Shown: positions 63,983 through 64,000 of the stretch, one piece after another | How the letters are laid out: the number at the start of each line of letters is the position of its first letter | How positions within the stretch are numbered: the stretch's first letter is position 1 | Virus record (IMG/VR): IMGVR_UViG_3300049027_000047 | Location: 4,559 to 68,558 of that record | Direction: 5' to 3' (one strand) | From: a virus | Length of the DNA: 64,000 bases | The notes under the pieces: generated by a model | What the model saw: only the letters and a program-made list of their open reading frames with translations | Told to the model about the DNA's origin: nothing | Databases searched by the model: none | Translations under genes and position numbers: made by a program

Positions 63983-64000
63983 CTGGAGGTGGGTAAAATC

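Noticed and set aside
1-64000. CRISPR array
   Set aside because: No regularly spaced repeat-spacer series; the 14-bp palindromes are kilobases apart
1-64000. Stop-codon reassignment
   Set aside because: Long genes are intact in the standard code, all three stops are used, and there is no suppressor tRNA

Overview
A 64-kb stretch of a tailed dsDNA bacteriophage genome with podovirus-like architecture. The host is probably a sigma70-promoter bacterium that rarely uses Shine-Dalgarno sites, such as Verrucomicrobiota (inference). Layout: (1) leftward early/accessory arm, 1-8 kb, with DUF3560 plus methyltransferase, a CARF-like protein and a canonical hammerhead ribozyme; (2) rightward late arm, 8.7-44.4 kb, with TerS, HNH, Dps, a methyltransferase/glycosyltransferase cluster, portal, scaffold, major capsid, tail proteins, a second glycosyltransferase cluster with nitroreductase, 4 tRNAs, tail tubular protein, ejection proteins, a 3074-aa polyvalent protein and an Erv1/Alr sulfhydryl oxidase; (3) an inverted, separately promoted TerL; (4) a lysis cassette; (5) small accessory genes, a DNA methyltransferase, primase-helicase and a replication initiator with internal iterons. 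Main unexplained signals: 20 copies of a 14-bp palindrome TCTGTYRYRACAGA dispersed through coding and non-coding DNA; a second operator TAGCWWWGCTA at nine promoter regions; a third operator GATT-N10-AATC on three early promoters; and a possible virion post-translational maturation system (glycosylation, methylation, cytoplasmic disulfide formation) in which two enzymes share a small appended domain. All protein calls come from reading motifs by eye; no database searches were run.
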